Assembly: GCA_021815305.1 (NCBI GenBank)
Contig: JAKAHC010000004.1
Span: 215,183-279,182 of the forward strand
Origin: Deltaproteobacteria bacterium
Lineage (GTDB): Bacteria > Desulfobacterota > Deferrimicrobia > Deferrimicrobiales > Deferrimicrobiaceae
DNA length: 64,000 nt
Direction: 5' to 3'
Shown here piece by piece: positions 58,278 through 64,000 of this stretch; positions within the stretch are counted from its first letter, which is position 1; each line of letters begins with the position of its first letter. Made by a program: the position numbers and the translations under genes. The notes under the pieces are model-generated. The model did not search any database and was not told the DNA's origin. It was given only the letters and a program-made list of their open reading frames with translations.

Positions 58278-61250
58278 TTACAGCACGTCTTCCGGGGTGA
58301 ATCCCCGCCGCAACGTGTTCTCCGTCACCACCCTCGGCTCCAGGAACTGCCGCAGGTAGTCGGGGCCGCCGGCCTTCGACCCGACACCCGACATCCGGAA
58401 GCCGCCGAACGGTTGCCTGCCGACGATGGCGCCGGTGATTCCCCGGTTGATGTACAGGTTCCCCGTGGAGAACTCCCGGGCCACCCTCCCGATGTTCGCA
58501 GGGCTCCGGGAAAAAAGCCCCCCCGTCAACGCGTAGATCGTGTCGTTGGCCGCCTTGATCGCCGCGTCGATGTCGTCCGCCTTCACGACGCACAGTACGG
58601 GGCCGAAGATCTCCTCCCGGAGGACCCTCGATGAGGGAGGAAGATCGACGAACACCGTGGGCGGCGCGTAGGATCCGGCATCCGGCACGGGAACCTGGAC
58701 GAGGATCCTCCCGTCCCTTTTCCCGATCTCGATGTACTCGAGGATACCCTTCCGCGCGGCCTCGTCCACGACGGGGCCCATAAAGTTCGCAGGGTCCTCC
58801 GGGTTGCCGATGGAGATCCCCCTGACGGCCTCGCACAGCCGCGCAAGGAACCGGTCGTAGACTTCCGAAAGTACGATCACCCGGGAGCATGCGGAGCACT
58901 TCTGTCCCTGGTATCCGAACGCCGACAGGACCACGGCGGGCACCGCCTGGTCGAGGTCGGCGTCGCCGTCCACGATGATCGCGTTCTTGCCGCCGGTCTC
59001 GATGACGACCTTCTTCGGCCCTTTCTGCCCCGGTTGGGTCTTCCCCGCTTTTTCGACGATCCGAAGCCCCACTTCCAGCGAGCCCGTGAAGAGGATGAAG
59101 TCGGTGTGCCCATGCTCGACCAGGTAGTCCCCCACCACGGACCCGCGGCCGGGGAGAAATCCGAGCACACCGTCGGGGATCCCCGCTTCTCGAAGGATTT
59201 CGAATGCGAGCCACCCGATCCCCAGGGACAGGCTGGAAGGCTTGTAGAGCACCGAGTTGCCCGCGACCAGGGCTGCGGAGGTCATCCCCATCGAGATGGC
59301 CAGCGGGAAGTTCCACGGGGCGACGACCAGACCCACCCCCCGCGGGCGATAGAAATACCGGTTCACCTCGCCCGGCGCATCGCCCATCCGGATCGGCTTC
59401 CCCAGGCGCACCATCTCCCTGCCGTAATACTCGAGATAGTCGATCGCCTCGCACACGTCGGCGTCGGCTTCCGCCCAGTTCTTCCCCACCTCGAAAACTT
59501 CCCAGGCCGCCAGCTCCATTCGCCGCCTGCGCGCGATCCCGGCGGCCCGGAACAGGACCTCCGCGCGTTCCTCCGGAGCGCGGCTTCCCCACGCGGGTTG
59601 CGCCCCCATGGCCGCCGCGACGGCCTCGTCCGCCATCTCCCGCGTCAGCGACGAGGTGACGCACGCCACCTCCCCGGGGTCGTGGGGGTTCCGCGATACG
59701 AGTTTTTCCCGCGTCCGGTGTTCCCGGCCGCCGTAGACGGCCGGGCGCTCTTTCCCCGCCTCTTTCCGCACCTTCGTCAAGGCTTCATGGAACGCCGCCC
59801 GGTTCGTCCCGATCGAGAAATCAAGCGGCGGCTCGTTCGCGAACGGGACGGGCCCGGGAAATCCCGCGGCGCCGGGAGGTTTCACGGGGCCGGACACATC
59901 GACGAACGGCTCCGGCTCCGCGAGGAGCGCATCCCTGGACTCGGTGCCGTCTGCCGTTTTCCGGAGGAAGCCCTCGTTCGATGTGTTCTCCAGGAGGCGG
60001 CGCACCAGGTACGCCATCCCCGGGATCAGTTCCCCGATGGGGACGTATTCGCGGACCGTGTACCCCATCTTCCCGAGGGCGCGCTTGACCGGCTCGGCCA
60101 TTCCGAAGAGGGTCTGGAATTCATACCGGTCCGCGGGCACCCCCAGCCGATCCGCAAGAACCAGCGCCTTGGCGATGGAGCGCACGTTGTGGGAGGCCAC
60201 CGCAAGGGAGAGGACATCGTGGTTCGAAAGAGCCGTCTCGGCGCACTTCTCGTAGCTCCAATCGGTGTGGCCTTTGACGCCGTAGACCGGCACGGGCCAT
60301 CCGCGCTGCAGCGCGACGGTCTTCTCGTACTCCCAGTACGCCCCCTTGACCAGGCGAACCTGGATGCGGCGATCGCGCTCCTTCGCCCAGCGGATCAACC
60401 GGTCCAGGTCCCGCCGTGCGCACGCAAGGTACGCCTGGAGGGTGATCCCGGCGTGCTCCCACCCCCGGAACTCCGGCTCGTCGAGGAGGCCCGTGAAGAC
60501 ATCGAGCGTGATCTCCTTGAAGGCGAAGGTCTCCATGTCGACGTGCACCGCGCCCCCCGCGTCCCGAACCTTCCGGAAGATCGGCCGCAAGCGGCGCTTC
60601 ACCTGTTCGACGCTGTCGTCGTGATTCACCGGTCCGATCCGGGAGTACAGGGAGCTGATCTTGACGGAGAGGTTCAGCCGGGGAAAGCGCTTTTCCCGTT
60701 CCGGGTCCCCCGGCGGCCAGGAGGCAACCTCCTTTCCGAACGTCTCCACCGCGGACAGGTAGCGGTCGCGGCAGGTCTCCGCCTCCGCCTCGGACACCGC
60801 CGCTTCTCCCAGGAGGTCCACGGTGAACGCCCTCCCCTCGCGGAAGATCCTGCGAAGCGTCCGGATCCCGTCGCGGGGATCCTCTCCTGCGATGAAGTTT
60901 TTCGAGAAACGCGTGATGTTCCCGCGGATGAGGCGACCCGCCACCGGCCCCGCCGGGCCCGAAGCGGCGCAGGAAAGCAGCGTCTTCGCGATCCCCGGGA
61001 TCCGTGCATCCCCGGAAAGGAAATATTCCCTGATGTGCCGGGTAATCTGCCGCGTCGTGGTCAGCGCGGGAAGGACGTCGATGAACCGGAAGAGGGCGAC
61101 CTTGAACCCGGGGCGGTCCATCGCCCCTTCCAGCATTCTCTCCACCAGGAATCTCCGGTGGAACACCGCCGGGGTCCCGGCCTCCATGAGGCGGAAGATC
61201 TCGAGCCCCTTCTCGCGGACGGCATCTTCCAGTATCGGATCCAGGCTCAT
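58278..61250 (-). CDS. putA: Bifunctional proline dehydrogenase / P5C dehydrogenase
   Basis: LFRFIDVLP, VDLLGE, RLVKGAYW, YLVRRLLEN, PWNFP, ETGGKN, GQKCSA, QPFGG. Confidence 0.95.
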   Translation of the reverse strand: MSLDPILEDAVREKGLEIFRLMEAGTPAVFHRRFLVERMLEGAMDRPGFKVALFRFIDVLPALTTTRQITRHIREYFLSGDARIPGIAKTLLSCAASGPAGPVAGRLIRGNITRFSKNFIAGEDPRDGIRTLRRIFREGRAFTVDLLGEAAVSEAEAETCRDRYLSAVETFGKEVASWPPGDPEREKRFPRLNLSVKISSLYSRIGPVNHDDSVEQVKRRLRPIFRKVRDAGGAVHVDMETFAFKEITLDVFTGLLDEPEFRGWEHAGITLQAYLACARRDLDRLIRWAKERDRRIQVRLVKGAYWEYEKTVALQRGWPVPVYGVKGHTDWSYEKCAETALSNHDVLSLAVASHNVRSIAKALVLADRLGVPADRYEFQTLFGMAEPVKRALGKMGYTVREYVPIGELIPGMAYLVRRLLENTSNEGFLRKTADGTESRDALLAEPEPFVDVSGPVKPPGAAGFPGPVPFANEPPLDFSIGTNRAAFHEALTKVRKEAGKERPAVYGGREHRTREKLVSRNPHDPGEVACVTSSLTREMADEAVAAAMGAQPAWGSRAPEERAEVLFRAAGIARRRRMELAAWEVFEVGKNWAEADADVCEAIDYLEYYGREMVRLGKPIRMGDAPGEVNRYFYRPRGVGLVVAPWNFPLAISMGMTSAALVAGNSVLYKPSSLSLGIGWLAFEILREAGIPDGVLGFLPGRGSVVGDYLVEHGHTDFILFTGSLEVGLRIVEKAGKTQPGQKGPKKVVIETGGKNAIIVDGDADLDQAVPAVVLSAFGYQGQKCSACSRVIVLSEVYDRFLARLCEAVRGISIGNPEDPANFMGPVVDEAARKGILEYIEIGKRDGRILVQVPVPDAGSYAPPTVFVDLPPSSRVLREEIFGPVLCVVKADDIDAAIKAANDTIYALTGGLFSRSPANIGRVAREFSTGNLYINRGITGAIVGRQPFGGFRMSGVGSKAGGPDYLRQFLEPRVVTENTLRRGFTPEDVL

Positions 61251-61380
61251 CTCACTGCGTTAGATGCCCGGCGGACGGTTCCCGACCCATCCGCGGGGCG
61301 ACCTTCGGCCGCCGGACGGCGTAACCCCGGCCGTCCGGGACAGAATGACAGGCCCACAGCGCAATCGGGGGATCCGAACA

Positions 61381-61457
61381 TGGTCGGGACGGCCGGATTC
61401 GAACCGGCGGCCCTCTGCTCCCAAAGCAGATGCGCTACCAGGCTGCGCCACGTCCCG
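61381..61457 (-). tRNA. tRNA-Pro (anticodon TGG)
   Basis: 77-nt cloverleaf CGGGACG...TCTGC-TTTGGGA-GCAGA...GTTCGAATC...CGTCCCG-ACCA. Confidence 0.95.
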
Positions 61458-61572
61458 ACGGATGCGCGTTGGGCCTGTAGTTTAGCGCGTTCCGGGGCGG
61501 GCGGGAAGCGCGGTCCGCCCCGGGGACAGGAGGGAGAACGGGAGGTCCCGTAGCGGGGGGCTCCGCATCCCG

Positions 61573-62181
61573 CTATTGCAGGAGCACCCCGGCGGCCTTC
61601 ATCTCCGCGATCAGCCCGCGCATCGCCTGCCCGCGGTGGCTGATGCGGTTTTTCTCCTGCGTCGGGAGTTCCGCCATCGTCTTCCCGAGAGGGGGAACGC
61701 GGAACAGGGGATCGTATCCGAACCCCTCCGCGCCCCGCGCCTCGGGGAGGATCTCCCCTTCCACCTTCCCCGCGGCCTCGGCGACGACCCTGCCGGGAAG
61801 GGCGGCGGCGGCGGCGCAGACGAACGCGGCCTTCCAGGGGCGGGGGAACCGCGCAAGCTCGTGGAGCAGGTGGGCGTTGTTCGCCGCATCCGTGGCCCCC
61901 GGGCCCGCATACCGGGCGGAACGAACACCGGGGAGCCCCCCAAGGGCCTCCACGGAGAGCCCCGAGTCGTCCGCGACGCAGAGGACGCTGTACGCCTGGG
62001 CGTAGTGGAGCGCCTTGAGGCGGGCGTTCTCCGCGAAGGTCTTCCCGTCCTCCGCCGGCTGCCGGGTGTCGGGCAAATCCGCAAGCGTCACGACCTCCAC
62101 GATCTTTTGCAGCCCCAGCCCGAGGAGCGCCCGGATCTCCACGACCTTTCCCCGGTTCTTCGTCGCGATCAGGAGTTTCAC
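61573..62181 (-). CDS. rdgB: RdgB/HAM1 non-canonical purine NTP pyrophosphatase
   Basis: [29 protein letters not shown]. Confidence 0.93.
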   Translation of the reverse strand: MKLLIATKNRGKVVEIRALLGLGLQKIVEVVTLADLPDTRQPAEDGKTFAENARLKALHYAQAYSVLCVADDSGLSVEALGGLPGVRSARYAGPGATDAANNAHLLHELARFPRPWKAAFVCAAAAALPGRVVAEAAGKVEGEILPEARGAEGFGYDPLFRVPPLGKTMAELPTQEKNRISHRGQAMRGLIAEMKAAGVLLQ

Positions 62182-62924
62182 GTCCCTTTCCCTCCCGTCC
62201 AGCGCCGCTGCGCCTTGAGCACCTTCCTCCCCGCAGCGCCGGCGGCGTCGAGCATCGCGTCGAGCTGATTCCGGCTAAAAGGCGCGCGTTCCGCCGTCCC
62301 CTGGACCTCGATGAGTCGACCGTCCCCCGTCATCACCACGTTCATGTCCACTTCCGCCGCGGAGTCCTCGGAATAGTCGAGATCGGTTACGACCCGCCCC
62401 CCGACCACCCCTACGCTCACCGCGACCACGTGGTCGAACACGGGGTTGCGCGGCACCTGCCCCGCGGAAACCAGCTTCCGGCACGCCAGCCACAGGGCGA
62501 TCCATGCCCCGTTGATGGACGCGGTGCGGGTCCCTCCATCGGCCTGGAGGACGTCGCAGTCGATGGTGACCGTGCGTTCCCCCAGCGCCTCGAAGTCGGT
62601 CACCGCACGCAGCGCGCGCCCCACAAGGCGCTGGATTTCGTAGGTCCGCCCCTGCACTTTCCCGGTGCGACCTTCCCTGGCGACCCGGGTGTTCGTGGAA
62701 CGCGGGAGCATCGCGTACTCGGCTGTGACCCATCCCTTCCCCCCGCCGCGGAGAAAGGGCGGCACGCGATCCTCCACCGTCGCCGCGCACACCACGCGGG
62801 TCTCCCCCATGGAGAAGAGCACGGAGCCCTCGGCGTGCTTCTGCACCCCGATCGTCACGTCGATCGGCCGCAACTCCCCCGGCTTCCTGCCGTCGGCTCT
62901 CTTTGCGCCCATCGGTTCCGCCAT
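62178..62924 (-). CDS. rph: Ribonuclease PH
   Basis: [45 protein letters not shown]. Confidence 0.95.
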   Translation of the reverse strand: MAEPMGAKRADGRKPGELRPIDVTIGVQKHAEGSVLFSMGETRVVCAATVEDRVPPFLRGGGKGWVTAEYAMLPRSTNTRVAREGRTGKVQGRTYEIQRLVGRALRAVTDFEALGERTVTIDCDVLQADGGTRTASINGAWIALWLACRKLVSAGQVPRNPVFDHVVAVSVGVVGGRVVTDLDYSEDSAAEVDMNVVMTGDGRLIEVQGTAERAPFSRNQLDAMLDAAGAAGRKVLKAQRRWTGGKGT

Positions 62925-63148
62925 CGCTCCCCCGCGCCCTCCGATCGGAACGCGCGAAATCCTCGCGTCCTCTGCGGGGACATTATATCCGGAAACGGGT
63001 TTGGCACGGGGCGCAGCCGACAGGCGAGGGAGACCGGGCCGTACGGCTTCGGGAGGAAGTCGATCCCCGGACGGAGCACGGGGGAGCGCACGCGGCGGGC
63101 CTGTCCGTATCCGTCGCGGCAGCAGGGGCCCGGAGGGGAATGCGGGTT

Positions 63149-64000
63149 TCAAGGATCCGGATAAGGGGGATTTTCCCGGAGGATGAGATCCAGAACCTCC
63201 ACCATCTCGTCCACCTCCTCGCGGGAGACGGTCAAGGCGGGCATGAACCGAAGGGTATCGGGAACGGGAGCGTTGATGAGAAGGCCGCGGCGCAGCGCCC
63301 GCTCGACCACGGAGGCGGCGATGTCCTTTCCCAGGACGAGCGCCAGCAGGAGGCCTCTCCCGCGCACCTCGCCCAACCCGCGTTTCGCCGACAGAGCCGC
63401 AAGCCGCCCGCGGAGATGCTCCCCGGCGGACACGACCGCTTCGAGGAACCCCGGCCGGGTGAGGGTTTCCATCACCGCGCACCCTGCCGCCGTGACCAGG
63501 AGGTTCCCGTTGAATGTCCCGCCCTGCTCTCCCGGCTCGAAGACGCTCACGGCCTCCTTCGCCGCCAGCGCCGCCAGCGGGACTCCTCCGCCCATCCCCT
63601 TTCCAAGGGTCATGACGTCGGGCTCGATCCCGGCGTGCTCGTAGGCGAAAAGCCTCCCGGTGCGCCCCATCCCGGTCTGGATCTCGTCGACCATGAGGAG
63701 GACCCCCCTCTCCCGCGTGAGCGTTCGAAGCCCCCGCAGGTAGTCGTCGGTCGCGGGGATCACCCCCGCTTCCCCCTGGATCGGCTCGACCAGCACAGCG
63801 GCCGTTTTCTCCGTGATCATGGCGGCCGCGGCGGGCAGGTCGTTCAGCGGCGCCCTGGGAAATCCCGGCACTTTCGGTTCGTACAGGTTTCTCCACTGGG
63901 GCTTGTCGGAGGCCGACATCGTCGCAAGCGTGCGCCCGTGAAAGGAGTGCTCCATCGTGACGATCTCGAAGGCCCCCCCGCGGAATTTCGCGCCCCATTT
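63149..64000 (-). CDS. argD: Acetylornithine aminotransferase (class III), 5' part outside the window
   Basis: [40 protein letters not shown]; frame open to the window edge. Confidence 0.88.
   Translation of the reverse strand, partial: KWGAKFRGGAFEIVTMEHSFHGRTLATMSASDKPQWRNLYEPKVPGFPRAPLNDLPAAAAMITEKTAAVLVEPIQGEAGVIPATDDYLRGLRTLTRERGVLLMVDEIQTGMGRTGRLFAYEHAGIEPDVMTLGKGMGGGVPLAALAAKEAVSVFEPGEQGGTFNGNLLVTAAGCAVMETLTRPGFLEAVVSAGEHLRGRLAALSAKRGLGEVRGRGLLLALVLGKDIAASVVERALRRGLLINAPVPDTLRFMPALTVSREEVDEMVEVLDLILRENPPYPDP

Noticed and set aside
61251-61457. tRNA-Pro as an island integration site
   Set aside because: No integrase or duplicated tRNA 3' end seen; flanked by housekeeping putA and rdgB

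Overview
High-GC bacterial chromosomal window. The gene mix (rph-rdgB-tRNA-Pro, split pntA, multiheme cytochrome, sigma54 activator, draTG) suggests an anaerobic deltaproteobacterial-type organism; this taxonomy is inference only. It holds about 60 mostly housekeeping, transport and redox genes, one tRNA-Pro(TGG), and no recognisable integrase, transposase or CRISPR array. Main points the ORF track misses or splits: (1) two probable selenoproteins with an in-frame TGA at the catalytic Cys position and a SECIS-like hairpin about 20 nt downstream, namely an OsmC-like protein (36525-36995, -) and a Tat-exported MsrA (55020-55817, +); (2) two further TGA codons with possible read-through (DEAD-box helicase tail, and a small periplasmic protein ending GC-TGA); (3) a sigma54-driven porin / small periplasmic protein / octaheme cytochrome operon, divergent from a Cys-rich tandem-PAS activator, with a visible -24/-12 promoter and palindromic enhancer-like sites; (4) a draT-draG pair with no nif genes in the window; (5) a 72-bp direct repeat enclosing a palindromic element upstream of msrA; (6) several unannotated small proteins.
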